Source: Deltaproteobacteria bacterium (GTDB lineage: Bacteria > Myxococcota > Myxococcia > Myxococcales > 40CM-4-68-19). Taken from it: a DNA stretch of 64,000 nucleotides. Both the position numbers and the translations under genes were made by a program. Location: assembly GCA_005879315.1 (NCBI GenBank), contig VBLC01000037.1, positions 1,300-65,299 on the forward strand, read 5' to 3'. This document shows, piece after piece, positions 48,066 to 60,382 of this stretch (positions are counted from its first letter, which is position 1; the number at the start of each line of letters is the position of its first letter). The notes under the pieces were generated by a model. The model worked only from the letters and a program-made list of their open reading frames with translations. It searched no databases and was not told the DNA's origin.

Positions 48066-49052
48066 TTGGACAAGTCGTACACGATCCTGCTCGTTCCGGA
48101 TCGCGACGCCAAGGTGAAGAAGATCCGCCTCGAGCACAGGATGCTCGTGCGCTTCGCCGTCGCCTGCGCGGTGGTGCTGCTCGGCCTGATGGGAATGATG
48201 GCCCACTACTTCTCGGTGGTGAGCAAAGTGGCCGAGAACGCGCTCATCCGAGCCGAGAACCTCGAATTGCAAAACCGCTGGCGCGAGGCCGAGCAAAAGT
48301 TTGCCCACATCAACGACGAGCTCGATCGGGTCAAGCGGCTCAACGCAAATCTGCGCCACATCACTTCGCTGAACGATCCCGACCGCAAGCTGAGCATGCC
48401 GCCTTCCGAGTCCGGGCAGGCGCCCGTCGAATTCGTCGGCGGCGGCGTCGCCACCGAGCCGGCCCGCGCTGCGGGAGTGGGCCCCGTCGGGAAGGTGGGC
48501 GGCGAAGGCAAGATGATCGCCGACGGCGACAGCAAGGGAGCGCTGGAGGATGGCGACCTGCTCAAGCAGCTCGACGAGCTCGGCAAGAAGGTCAAAGCGC
48601 AGGAGGGCGAGGCTCGCGCGCTGCAGAGTTACTTCGAGGACCAGCAGGCGCTGCTCGCCTCCGCTCCTTCCATCTGGCCGGTGCGCGGCTGGGTGACCAG
48701 CGACTTCTCGGTGCGGCTCGACCCGTACACGGGCGAGCGAGTCATGCACGAAGGCATCGACGTCGCCGGCTCGGTCGGCACGCCGGTGCGCGCGCCCGCC
48801 GACGGCACGGTAGTCTTCAACGGCCTCGAAGGCGGCTACGGCCACGTGCTCGTCATCGATCACGGCTATGGATTGAAGACGCGCTACGGCCACCTCTCGC
48901 GCATCGACGTGAAGCTGGGCGACAAGGTCAAGCGCGGCCAGTTCATCGCTGCGGTGGGGAACAGCGGCCGCTCGACCGGCCCGCACCTGCACTACGAGGT
49001 GCGCGTCAACGGCGTGGCGGACAATCCGCGCAAGTTCATTCTCGAAGAGTGA
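48066..49052 (+). CDS. M23 family metallopeptidase (EnvC-like coiled coil plus LytM domain)
   Basis: HEGIDVAG, GYGHVLVIDHG and GNSGRSTGPHLHYEV motifs. TTG 48066 follows GGAGG; the ORF-track start GTG 47958 adds an Arg-rich extension. Confidence 0.85.
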   Translation: MDKSYTILLVPDRDAKVKKIRLEHRMLVRFAVACAVVLLGLMGMMAHYFSVVSKVAENALIRAENLELQNRWREAEQKFAHINDELDRVKRLNANLRHITSLNDPDRKLSMPPSESGQAPVEFVGGGVATEPARAAGVGPVGKVGGEGKMIADGDSKGALEDGDLLKQLDELGKKVKAQEGEARALQSYFEDQQALLASAPSIWPVRGWVTSDFSVRLDPYTGERVMHEGIDVAGSVGTPVRAPADGTVVFNGLEGGYGHVLVIDHGYGLKTRYGHLSRIDVKLGDKVKRGQFIAAVGNSGRSTGPHLHYEVRVNGVADNPRKFILEE

Positions 49053-49108
49053 GTCAAGCAGGCGTCAGGCGCCTTGACTTGCGCCTGGCGGAGCTTAGGC
49101 TTCGCGGG

Positions 49109-49396
49109 ATGCGCGGCAGAGCAGCGGCAGCTTTTGCGGCAGTGCTGGTGGGGATGGCTCCCGCCGGTGCGCTGCCGCTGGCGTCCTTCGTCGCGGCCGC
49201 AACTTGCGCTCACGCCGAAGTCACCGTCTGCGCGCCTGCGAGCGCCGGCCCCGGCGGCCTGGTGCAGAAGCGCGCCGGAGCGCTGCGCGGGACCGGCCAC
49301 TCGACCCGCCGTCCTGCGGGCGAGCGCTCTCCGAGCATCTGGCGGGATCCTTCGGCGCCCGCGCCGAGCCAGGCGCCTCCCGTCGCGCGCGCGTAA
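49109..49396 (+). CDS. possible small secreted upstream ORF of secA (speculative)
   Basis: ATG-initiated 95 codons. Signal-peptide-like MRGRAAAAFAAVLVGMAPAGALPLASFVAAATCAHA and a Pro-rich C-terminus SIWRDPSAPAPSQAPPVARA. By my count 75 of 95 codons end in G or C. The sequence is low complexity, so it may be spurious. Confidence 0.25.
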   Translation: MRGRAAAAFAAVLVGMAPAGALPLASFVAAATCAHAEVTVCAPASAGPGGLVQKRAGALRGTGHSTRRPAGERSPSIWRDPSAPAPSQAPPVARA

Positions 49397-49447
49397 ATCG
49401 CGTCGCGTCCGTTTCGCCGCTCCTCTCTCTTTCGATCGCGGAAAGTC

Positions 49448-52399
<2,952 letters not shown>

Positions 52400-53221
52400 C
52401 TAAATCTCCATCCCCAGCGCGAGGCCGCCGCTGCCCGGCGCGACCGACAGCCGGCGCTGGTTGACCTTCACCGCCGTGCGGCCGATGAGGATGCCCAGCG
52501 AGCCGCCCAGGAGCACGTCGCTGGGCCAATGCCAGCCGCGCTTCATCACCGAGAGCCCGACCAGCGATGCCAGGCCGTAGACGAAGGGAGCGCTGGACGG
52601 GTACTCCGAAGCGATCACGGCTGCCGTGGCGAAGGCCGACATGGTGTGACCGGAGGGAAGGGCGTCGTCGCGCAAGCCGTTGAAGTAGCGCTTCCTCGTC
52701 TCGTCGGACTCGGGCCTCGACACCCGCAGGATCCGCTTGAGGAGCATGCTGGTGGCGGCGACCGAGACCAGCGCCTCGATGCCGGCCAGCGAAGTGCAGC
52801 GGGCGCGCTCGTCGCCGAAAGCGAAGGCGGCCATCACTCCCAGATCGAAGAGCCCGTGCCCGAGGTGGAGGGTGTAGTCGAAGACGTTCCGGCGCCGGAC
52901 GCTCCAGCGGAGGTGGTGCAGTCGCCGGTAGAGTCGAGTGTCCGAGCGCAGGAGCGAGGCGGTGCCCTGCGCCGCGCCCGCGAGGATGTAGAGCGCGGGC
53001 TCGTCGAGATACAGCGGCCAGGCGACGACGGAGAGCGTGTCCTCGCCTGCGAGCGTGAACCGCTGGAGGACGGCGGGAGGCACCGATTCGGCGAGCGCCG
53101 CTCCGGAGAGGACCGCTGCCAGCGCGAGCGAGCGGACGAACAAGGCTTCTCTTTCAGGGGTTCCACGTCTGATGGCTGTGCACGCAGAGAGCGCCCCCCT
53201 CGCGGCGGCGGAAGATAGCAT
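52400..53221 (-). CDS. PAP2 family phosphatase
   Basis: KRILRVSRP, PSGH and HWPSDV motifs. TTG 53143 would give a cleaner signal peptide (FVRSLALAAVLSGAALA). Its stop abuts the secA stop with no gap. Confidence 0.8.
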   Translation of the reverse strand: MLSSAAARGALSACTAIRRGTPEREALFVRSLALAAVLSGAALAESVPPAVLQRFTLAGEDTLSVVAWPLYLDEPALYILAGAAQGTASLLRSDTRLYRRLHHLRWSVRRRNVFDYTLHLGHGLFDLGVMAAFAFGDERARCTSLAGIEALVSVAATSMLLKRILRVSRPESDETRKRYFNGLRDDALPSGHTMSAFATAAVIASEYPSSAPFVYGLASLVGLSVMKRGWHWPSDVLLGGSLGILIGRTAVKVNQRRLSVAPGSGGLALGMEI

Positions 53222-53257
53222 GGCTGACTGTTGGTGGGCGGTTCAGGCCACGGAGGC

Positions 53258-53273
53258 GGAGGATGCATCCTCC
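53258..53273. promoter_or_regulatory. perfect 16-bp palindrome GGAGGATGCATCCTCC (candidate operator)
   Basis: Seen directly in the divergent PAP2/GT2 intergenic region. Confidence 0.35.
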
Positions 53274-53371
53274 ATCTCCGCACAGGATAGCCGAGGTGCG
53301 GTGGGCGGATCCGCGGTTTGGCGTTCCTCATCATGCGGGAGCGTGCTAGAGGTGAATCCGATGGGTGAGAA

Positions 53372-54160
53372 GTGACCGATCCGGTGGTCGTCGTGCCCTG
53401 CTTCAACGAGGCCCGGCGGCTGTCGCCGCAGGGTTTTCTGCCCCTCCTCGAGCGCGCCCGGATCCTCTTCGTCGACGACGGCTCCTCCGACGGCACCCTC
53501 GGCCTGCTCGATCAGATTGCGGAAGCGCTCCCGGGCCGGGCCTCCGTCCTCGCGCTGCCGGAAAACGGCGGCAAGGCCGAAGCGGTGCGGCAAGGTCTTC
53601 TCGCCGCCATCGCCTCCGGCGCTACGGTGGTGGCTTATCTCGACGCCGACCTCGCCGCGCCGGCCGACGAGATGGTGAGGCTCCTTTCTCTTCTCGAGGA
53701 TCGGTCCCTCGAGGTCGCGCTCGGAGCGCGGGTCGGGCTCCTGGGCACTTGCATCGAGCGCCATCCCGCGCGCCACTACCTGGGCCGCGTCTTCGCCACG
53801 ATGGCCTCGCTGATCCTCGACCTTCGCGTCTACGACACGCAGTGCGGGGCCAAGGCTTTCCGCGCCACCCCCTTGCTCAGGGCCGCGCTGGCCGCGCCGT
53901 TCCACGCGCGCTGGGCGTTCGACGTCGAATTGATCGGGCGGCTTCTTCTCGGCACCCAGTCGTTGCCGGGCCTGAGCGTGGAGCAGTTCGTCGAGATGCC
54001 GCTGCAGCGCTGGACCGACGTCCCGGAGTCGAAGTTGAATCTTTTCGGCGCGCCCAGCCTCGCGTTCGAGGTGTTGCGCATCCACTTCGCCTTGCGCAGG
54101 CTGCGGCAGGAGCAGGCAGCCTTTCCCGCGGCGCTGCCCAGCCCGCAGGACGGATCTTGA
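53372..54160 (+). CDS. glycosyltransferase family 2 (polyprenyl-phosphate sugar synthase-like)
   Basis: VVVVPCFNEARRL, FVDDGSSDGT and YLDADL (DxD) blocks. Resembles ArnC/DPM1-type enzymes. Confidence 0.85.
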   Translation: MTDPVVVVPCFNEARRLSPQGFLPLLERARILFVDDGSSDGTLGLLDQIAEALPGRASVLALPENGGKAEAVRQGLLAAIASGATVVAYLDADLAAPADEMVRLLSLLEDRSLEVALGARVGLLGTCIERHPARHYLGRVFATMASLILDLRVYDTQCGAKAFRATPLLRAALAAPFHARWAFDVELIGRLLLGTQSLPGLSVEQFVEMPLQRWTDVPESKLNLFGAPSLAFEVLRIHFALRRLRQEQAAFPAALPSPQDGS

Positions 54161-55680
54161 GGGCGCTGGCCGCCCTGCCCCAGGACGTCCAACTTCCCTC
54201 CGTCAACGCGAAGACCTCTGCGGCGGCGCGCTGGCTTTCTTCACCCTGGACGCTGCTCCTCGCCGTCGCCGTCCTGCGGGTTCCCGCCTTCGTCTATGGG
54301 GTGCTCGACATCGACGAGAGCGACTTCGCGCTCATCGCCCGCCGCATCGCGCAGGGGGCGATGCCCTACGTCGACATCGCCGACATCAAGCCGCCGCTCG
54401 CATTCCTCGCTTACCTGCCTTCGGGGATCTTCGAGAGCGTCCCGCTCTGGCCGATGCAGGCGGTCGCGGTCCTCTGGGTGGCCGCGACGAGCCTCGTCCT
54501 CCGCGCCGCCGCGCGCCGGATGACGGGCAGCGAAGTGGCGGGCTGGTGCGCGGCCTGGCTCGCGCTCGTCGCCGGTTTCTGCGAGCTGCCCAAGGTCTCC
54601 ACCGAGATCCTCATGAACCTTCCCTCGGCGGCCGCGCTCTGGTTCTGGGTGCGCGCCGAGCAGGAGGAGGGCAAGTGGTTCGATCTGGCGGCGGGCGCGT
54701 GCATCGGCCTGGCGTCGCTCTTCCGGCACCAGGGCGCCGTGCTCCTGCTCTCGCTGGGCGCGGTGATGCTCGTGCGCGGGCGGGTGGGCCGGCTCCTTTC
54801 GATGGCCGCCGGATTCGCGCTTCCCTGGGGTCTGGCCGGGGGATTCTTCGCCGGGACCGGCCACTTCGCGGAATTCTGGGACTGGGTCGTGCGCCGCAAC
54901 TTCCGCTACACCAGCCTGCACCAGGGATGGCTCGGGCGCTTCGCCGAAGGCGTGCTGCCTTCGCTCGCGGCGACGCTCGCCGCCTGGATCGTCGCCGTTC
55001 GCGCCTCCGCCGGCGCACTGCGAAGAGGGCCTTCGGCCATCGAGGCTGGTCTGATCGCCTCGCTCGCCGCCAGCTGCGCCGCCATCTGCCTCGGCGGCCG
55101 CTTCTACTCGCATTACTTCCTCCAGTTCATCCCCCTGCTGGCGCTTCTGGGGGCGGGCGAGGCGGCAGCGATGATCCGCAAGTGGTCGCGGACGGCGGCG
55201 GCGCTCTGCCTGTTGCCCGCGCTGGTCCTGGGCGGAGTCACCATCGGGCGAGGGATGGAGAATGGTTATCCCTGCCAGGAGCCGCGGGCGCGTCTCCTCG
55301 CCGGCTGGCTGGAGGAGAATACCCGGCCGGACGAGCGCCTGTTCATCTGGGGCCACTTCTCGCCCATCTACCTCATGTCGCACCGGCTGCCCGGCACGCG
55401 ATACCTGACGACCTCGGTCCACGTGGGCAACTTCGACCCTGCCCACGTGCCGCCGGGATTCGATCTCTCGCCCTTCCGCTCGGACGCAGACGTCGCGCTC
55501 ACCCTTTCCGATCTGGAGCGCAACCGCGTGCCGCTCTTCATCGACACCGCGCCCGCGGGAATCCACTCCTGGAACCGCGTGCCGCTCTCGACGGTGCCGG
55601 CGCTCGCCCGCTATCTCGCCGAGCACTACCGGCCGGTCGCCGAAGTGGCCGGGGCGCGCATCTACCGGCGCTCCCCCTGA
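54157..55680 (+). CDS. GT-C fold membrane glycosyltransferase (ArnT/PMT-like)
   Basis: TTG 54157 overlaps the GT2 stop (TTGA). Multi-TM protein with an acidic first-loop motif DIDESDFA and a soluble C-terminal domain. Confidence 0.75.
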   Translation: MRALAALPQDVQLPSVNAKTSAAARWLSSPWTLLLAVAVLRVPAFVYGVLDIDESDFALIARRIAQGAMPYVDIADIKPPLAFLAYLPSGIFESVPLWPMQAVAVLWVAATSLVLRAAARRMTGSEVAGWCAAWLALVAGFCELPKVSTEILMNLPSAAALWFWVRAEQEEGKWFDLAAGACIGLASLFRHQGAVLLLSLGAVMLVRGRVGRLLSMAAGFALPWGLAGGFFAGTGHFAEFWDWVVRRNFRYTSLHQGWLGRFAEGVLPSLAATLAAWIVAVRASAGALRRGPSAIEAGLIASLAASCAAICLGGRFYSHYFLQFIPLLALLGAGEAAAMIRKWSRTAAALCLLPALVLGGVTIGRGMENGYPCQEPRARLLAGWLEENTRPDERLFIWGHFSPIYLMSHRLPGTRYLTTSVHVGNFDPAHVPPGFDLSPFRSDADVALTLSDLERNRVPLFIDTAPAGIHSWNRVPLSTVPALARYLAEHYRPVAEVAGARIYRRSP

Positions 55681-55843
55681 CCTTGCGGATCGGTCGCGAT
55701 CCTGTTAGATCGCCCCTCCCCGCCGGCAGTTTGGCGGCGGCTGTTCTTTTGTAGTCCGGAGTCAAATTCACACACCTCCCGATCAGGGCGGGGTTCCCCC
55801 CATGGGGCCCGCTTTGGCGCGACGGAGGTGGAGGAGAAAAACG

Positions 55844-56872
55844 ATGTTGGAGAACGTCCAGGCGCAGCCTCCCAATTCGCCCTCGCCGCCGCCCCCCGCC
55901 GGCGATGCCGGCATGCAGCAGGCGATGCAGCCCGCGCAGGGCATCACCATGCGCCAGCTGCTCGAGGCGGGCGTCCACTTCGGCCACCAGACCAAGCGGT
56001 GGAACCCGAAGATGAAGCCGTACATCTTCGGCGCGCGAAACGGCATCTACATCGTCGACCTGCAAAAGACGGTGCGGCTGGCGCGCGAGGCCTTCAAGTT
56101 CGTCAGCGACGTCTGCTCCAAGGGCGGAAGCGTGCTCTTCGTCGGCACCAAGAAGCAGGCGCAGGACGCGGTGGTCGAAGAGGCGACGCGCTCGGGTCAG
56201 TTCTATGTCGTCAACCGCTGGCTGGGCGGCACACTGACGAACTTCAAGACCATCAAGAGCGGCATCGACCGGCTGAAGACGCTGGAGAAGATGGCCGCCG
56301 ACGGCACCTTCGAGAAGCTGCCCAAGAAGGAAGTGGCCCTGCTGCAGCACGAGATGGAAAAGCTGAAGCGGAATCTGGGCGGCATCCAGGACATGACGCG
56401 GCTGCCGGGCTGCCTCTTCGTCATCGATCCGAAGAAAGAGCACATCGCCATCCACGAAGCGTCGCGGCTGGGGATTCCCATCGTCGCGCTGGTCGATACC
56501 AACTGCGATCCGGAAGGGATCGATTACGTCATTCCCGGAAATGACGACGCCATCCGCTCGATCCGCCTCTTCTGCGCGAAGATCGCGGATGCCGCCATCG
56601 AGGGCAAGGCGCGCTATCAGGCGCACCACGCCGGCGAGCCGCAGCCTGCCGAGGATGCGGGTGAGGATCGCGATGCGGCCTCCGAACGGCGCGGCCGGCG
56701 CGATGGCCGTGGCGGTCGAGGTGGCGGTCGCGGCGGAGGGCGCATGGGCGAGCGGCGGCCGGTGCGCGTCGAGGGCGAGGGGGGACCCGGCCCCATCGTA
56801 GAGCGCAAGCCGACGCTGGCTGGCGAGGGCGAGCAGCCGGCCGCGGCCAGCGAAGAGAAGACCGAGGAATAG
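55844..56872 (+). CDS. rpsB: 30S ribosomal protein S2 with Pro-rich N-terminal and RG-rich C-terminal extensions
   Basis: ATG 55844 follows GGAGGTGGAGGAG. Core [19 protein letters not shown]...[23 protein letters not shown]. Tail [22 protein letters not shown]. Confidence 0.93.
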   Translation: MLENVQAQPPNSPSPPPPAGDAGMQQAMQPAQGITMRQLLEAGVHFGHQTKRWNPKMKPYIFGARNGIYIVDLQKTVRLAREAFKFVSDVCSKGGSVLFVGTKKQAQDAVVEEATRSGQFYVVNRWLGGTLTNFKTIKSGIDRLKTLEKMAADGTFEKLPKKEVALLQHEMEKLKRNLGGIQDMTRLPGCLFVIDPKKEHIAIHEASRLGIPIVALVDTNCDPEGIDYVIPGNDDAIRSIRLFCAKIADAAIEGKARYQAHHAGEPQPAEDAGEDRDAASERRGRRDGRGGRGGGRGGGRMGERRPVRVEGEGGPGPIVERKPTLAGEGEQPAAASEEKTEE

Positions 56873-56874
56873 AA

Positions 56875-57564
56875 ATGGATGAGGAGAAGAAGAAGACCGT
56901 CGAGATCACCTCGGCGATGGTGAAGGAGCTTCGCGAGAAGACCGGCGCCGGCATGATGGATTGCAAGAAGGCGCTCATCGAGTGCAATGGCGACCTGGAA
57001 AAGTCGATCGATTGGCTTCGCCAGAAGGGCCTGGCCAGCGCCGGCAAGAAAGCCAGCCGCAGCGCGACCGAAGGCGCGGTGGGCAGCTACATCCACCTGG
57101 GCGGGAAGATCGGCGTGATCGTCGAGGTGAATTGCGAGACCGACTTCACCGCCAAGAACGAGAAGTTCCAGGCGCTGGTGAAAGACATCGCCATGCAGAT
57201 CGCCTGGAGCAATCCCGAGTACGTGCGCCGCGAGGACGTGCCCGAGGAGTGGCTCGATCGCGAGAAGGCGATCTATCGCGCCCAGCTGCACGAGCAGGGC
57301 AAGCCGGAGGCGATGATGGACAAGATCATCCCCGGCAAGATCGACAAGCGCCTCAAGGAGATCTGCCTGCTCGATCAGCCTTTCTTCCGCGATTCCGAGG
57401 GCAAGCGCAGCGTGCAGGACGAAGTCAACGCCGCGGTCGCCATCATCGGCGAGAACATCCAGGTGCGCCGTTTCACCCGCTACGTCCTCGGCGAGGGGAT
57501 GAAGAAGGAAGCGAAAGACTTCGCCGCTGAAGTGGCCGCGGCGGTCAGCGCCGGCAAGAAGTAA
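56875..57564 (+). CDS. tsf: translation elongation factor Ts (short form)
   Basis: VKELREKTGAGMMDCKKAL UBA-like N-terminus and GKIGVIVEVNCETDF block. Confidence 0.93.
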   Translation: MDEEKKKTVEITSAMVKELREKTGAGMMDCKKALIECNGDLEKSIDWLRQKGLASAGKKASRSATEGAVGSYIHLGGKIGVIVEVNCETDFTAKNEKFQALVKDIAMQIAWSNPEYVRREDVPEEWLDREKAIYRAQLHEQGKPEAMMDKIIPGKIDKRLKEICLLDQPFFRDSEGKRSVQDEVNAAVAIIGENIQVRRFTRYVLGEGMKKEAKDFAAEVAAAVSAGKK

Positions 57565-57575
57565 GCTCGCCGTCC

Positions 57576-58385
57576 ATGCAGCCGTTTCGCGCCGAGGTGG
57601 AACAGCGCTTCCGCGACCTGCGCGACCGGATCGTCGCGGGGCTCGAGGCGCTGGAGCCGGCGGGCGCGAAGTTCAATCGCCGCGCCTGGCAGCGGCCGGG
57701 CGGGGGCGGCGGCGAGATGAGCGAGCTGCGCGGCGAGCTGTTCGAGAAGGGCGGCTGCAACTTCTCCGCAGTCTCCGGCGAGCGATATCCCTTCGTCCCC
57801 GAAGGCGAAGGCGCGCCGGCCGCCGAAGAGCTTCAGGGCAAGCCATTCTTCGCCGCCGGCGTCTCGCTGGTGATGCACCCGCACAATCCCTTCGTCCCCG
57901 TCGTGCACATGAACGTGCGCTATCTCGCCGTCGGAAGCGATGTCGAATGGTTCGGCGGCGGAATGGACCTGACGCCCTTCAAGCCCTTCGCCGAAGACAC
58001 CGCGCATTTCCACGGCGTCTTGCAAAAGGTCTGCGGGCCGGAGCGCTACGCGCGCTTCTCGCGCTGGGCGAAGGAGTACTTCTTCATCAAGCACCGCAAT
58101 TCCGAGCGCGGCGTGGGCGGCATCTTCTTCGATTACCTGCGCGGGAAGGAGGACGGCGCCTTCGCCTTCGCCGTCGGCGATTCGTTCTTGCCCGCCTACG
58201 CGCCCATCGTCGAGAAGAGGCGCGGCCTGCGCTTCAGCGAGGCCGATCGCGCCGCCCAGCTCCGCTGGCGCGGCCGCTACGTCGAATTCAATCTCCTCTA
58301 CGACCGCGGGACCATCTTCGGCCTCAAGAGCGGCGGCAACCCCGACGCGATCTTCATGAGCCTCCCCCCGCTGGTGAGCTGGTAA
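57576..58385 (+). CDS. hemF: oxygen-dependent coproporphyrinogen III oxidase
   Basis: GGGGEMSELRGELFEKGGCNFS, HPHNPFVPVVHMNVRY, WFGGGMDLTP, RGVGGIFFDY. Confidence 0.92.
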   Translation: MQPFRAEVEQRFRDLRDRIVAGLEALEPAGAKFNRRAWQRPGGGGGEMSELRGELFEKGGCNFSAVSGERYPFVPEGEGAPAAEELQGKPFFAAGVSLVMHPHNPFVPVVHMNVRYLAVGSDVEWFGGGMDLTPFKPFAEDTAHFHGVLQKVCGPERYARFSRWAKEYFFIKHRNSERGVGGIFFDYLRGKEDGAFAFAVGDSFLPAYAPIVEKRRGLRFSEADRAAQLRWRGRYVEFNLLYDRGTIFGLKSGGNPDAIFMSLPPLVSW

Positions 58386-59424
58386 AGGAAAAGCTCCCGC
58401 CATTTTGCAGGATGACGAAGCGCGGGCTTCCCGGCGCGCGCAGCTCCGAGCCCAGCTTCGCCTCGGCTTCGCCGTCGCCCTCGTCGCCTTGGGCAAAGGT
58501 TCCGAAATGGATGGGGATGGTGACCTGGGCGTGAAGAACGCGCGCGGCCCTAACCGCGTCGCGCTGGTCGAGGTGGATCGGCGCGAAGAGCTCGCGCGGC
58601 GTTCCCGGCGCGATGGGCAAGAGAGCGAGCCGCGGCGCCCCGAAGCGGTCGGCGATCTTCTCGAAGTGCGGTCCGTAGCCGGTGTCGCCGGCGAAATAGA
58701 CATCGCCGAAGCGGCTGCGCAAGAGGAACCCGAGCCAGAGACGCCCGTTGCCATCGCAGGCGCCGCGCCGGCAATTGTGACGCGCCGGCACGCCCCAGAT
58801 GCGCAGCCCGCCGATCGGCGTCCATCTCCACCAGTCGAGCTCTGTCACGCGGCTGAGGCCGTACTGGGCGAGGAGGGCGGCTTGCCCGAGCCCGGCGACG
58901 ATGCGCGGATGGTGCGCCGCCTCCAGGCTCTGCAACGTCGCCATGTCGAGATGGTCATAGTGATCGTGGCTGATGAGCACAGCATCGATATGCGGCAGAT
59001 CCGTGAAACGCACGCCGGGCGGCCGGTGGCGGCTGCTGCCGAGATACGGAGTGGGGCCGGCGATGTCGCCCCAGATCGGATCGGTGAGCAGGTTCAGGCC
59101 GTCGATCTGGATCAGCACGGTCGCGTGATTGATGAAGGTGACGCGCAGCTCACCGTCGCCGACGTGGTCGGGCGGCGGCGGCGCGGGAGGCACGTCGATC
59201 CATTTCGGCCACCTGACGCGCACGCGTGAGATGGCCCAGCGGAAGATCGGACCTGCGCTCGGAGCCCCAGTGGGGATCTGGTTGAAGAACTTCTCACCGT
59301 CGAAGTTGCGCGTCCTGGGGCCGTGCCAGCGCGGTCCGGAAAATTCGCAGCAAGCGGAGAGCGCGCAGAGCGCGGCGATTGCCGGCAACCGTTGCAAAGC
59401 GCGCGCACCATAGCCGGTTGACAT
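58354..59424 (-). CDS. MBL-fold metallo-hydrolase (NAPE-PLD-like), lipoprotein signal
   Basis: HDHYDHLD motif and lipobox LSAC. Its 3-prime end overlaps hemF by 32 nt (convergent). Its ATG overlaps the divergent deoC ORF-track ATG. Confidence 0.8.
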   Translation of the reverse strand: MSTGYGARALQRLPAIAALCALSACCEFSGPRWHGPRTRNFDGEKFFNQIPTGAPSAGPIFRWAISRVRVRWPKWIDVPPAPPPPDHVGDGELRVTFINHATVLIQIDGLNLLTDPIWGDIAGPTPYLGSSRHRPPGVRFTDLPHIDAVLISHDHYDHLDMATLQSLEAAHHPRIVAGLGQAALLAQYGLSRVTELDWWRWTPIGGLRIWGVPARHNCRRGACDGNGRLWLGFLLRSRFGDVYFAGDTGYGPHFEKIADRFGAPRLALLPIAPGTPRELFAPIHLDQRDAVRAARVLHAQVTIPIHFGTFAQGDEGDGEAEAKLGSELRAPGSPRFVILQNGGSFSFTSSPAGGGS

Positions 59425-60382
59425 GGCTTTCGCGCGCGCCCTACAACCGCGCAGTCAAATGCCCGACCAGCTCGACGAACTGGCGGCGATCATCGCCGAG
59501 AAAGCTCTCCTCCGACTCCGCGCCCAGCGCGTGGGGCGCGAAGAGGCGACCTGCGCCGCTTCCGCTCCCGCGCCGAGAAGCGGGACGCCCGCGGAAGCTC
59601 CCAAGGAGTGCAATGACGGCGGCTGCGCTCCCTGCGAGGAGCTGGCATCTTGTAGTGCGCGCGAGATGTACAACATCGGCACCGCCCGCCTGACGCCGCT
59701 GGCCATCCGGACCAGCCGCGACCTCGCTCCATACATCGATCATACCTTGCTCAAGCCCGACGCCACGCGCGAAGAGCTGACCAGGCTCTGCGAGGAGGCG
59801 CGCAAATACGGATTCGCCACCGTCTGCGTGAACTCGGGCAACATCGCGCTGGTGAGGCGGCTGCTCGAAGGCAGCCCGGTCAAGCCCATCGCGGTGGTGG
59901 GGTTTCCCCTCGGCGCAGCCGGCACCGGCGCCAAGGCTTTCGAGACGCGAGAGGCCGTCCGCGCCGGGGCGCAAGAGATCGACATGGTCATCAACATCGG
60001 CCAGCTCAAGGCGAAGAACTATGCCTACGTGGAGTGCGACATCCGCGAGGTAGTGCAGGCGGCGAAGCCGCATCCGGTCAAGGTCATCCTCGAGACCGGC
60101 GCGCTCGCCCGCGACGAGAAGGTGATCGGCTGCGCGCTGGCCAAGGCGGCGGGTGCGGCCTTCGTCAAGACTTCCACCGGATTCGGGCCGGGCGGCGCCA
60201 CCGCCGAGGACATCGCGCTGATGCGCCAGATCGTCGGCGACGACGTGGGGGTCAAGGCGAGTGGCGGCGTGCGCACCACCGCCGACGCGCAGCGGATGGT
60301 CGAGGCCGGCGCCAACCGCATCGGCGCCAGCGCCAGCGTGGCCATCGTCACGGGCGGAAGCGGCGGCGCGGGAAAGTACTGA
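59423..60382 (+). CDS. deoC: deoxyribose-phosphate aldolase with N-terminal extension of about 95 aa
   Basis: Core [11 protein letters not shown]...VCVN...VVGFPLG...VKVILET...FVKTSTGF...[12 protein letters not shown] 59459 ([12 protein letters not shown]...) is a more plausible start than 59423. Confidence 0.88.
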   Translation: MAFARALQPRSQMPDQLDELAAIIAEKALLRLRAQRVGREEATCAASAPAPRSGTPAEAPKECNDGGCAPCEELASCSAREMYNIGTARLTPLAIRTSRDLAPYIDHTLLKPDATREELTRLCEEARKYGFATVCVNSGNIALVRRLLEGSPVKPIAVVGFPLGAAGTGAKAFETREAVRAGAQEIDMVINIGQLKAKNYAYVECDIREVVQAAKPHPVKVILETGALARDEKVIGCALAKAAGAAFVKTSTGFGPGGATAEDIALMRQIVGDDVGVKASGGVRTTADAQRMVEAGANRIGASASVAIVTGGSGGAGKY

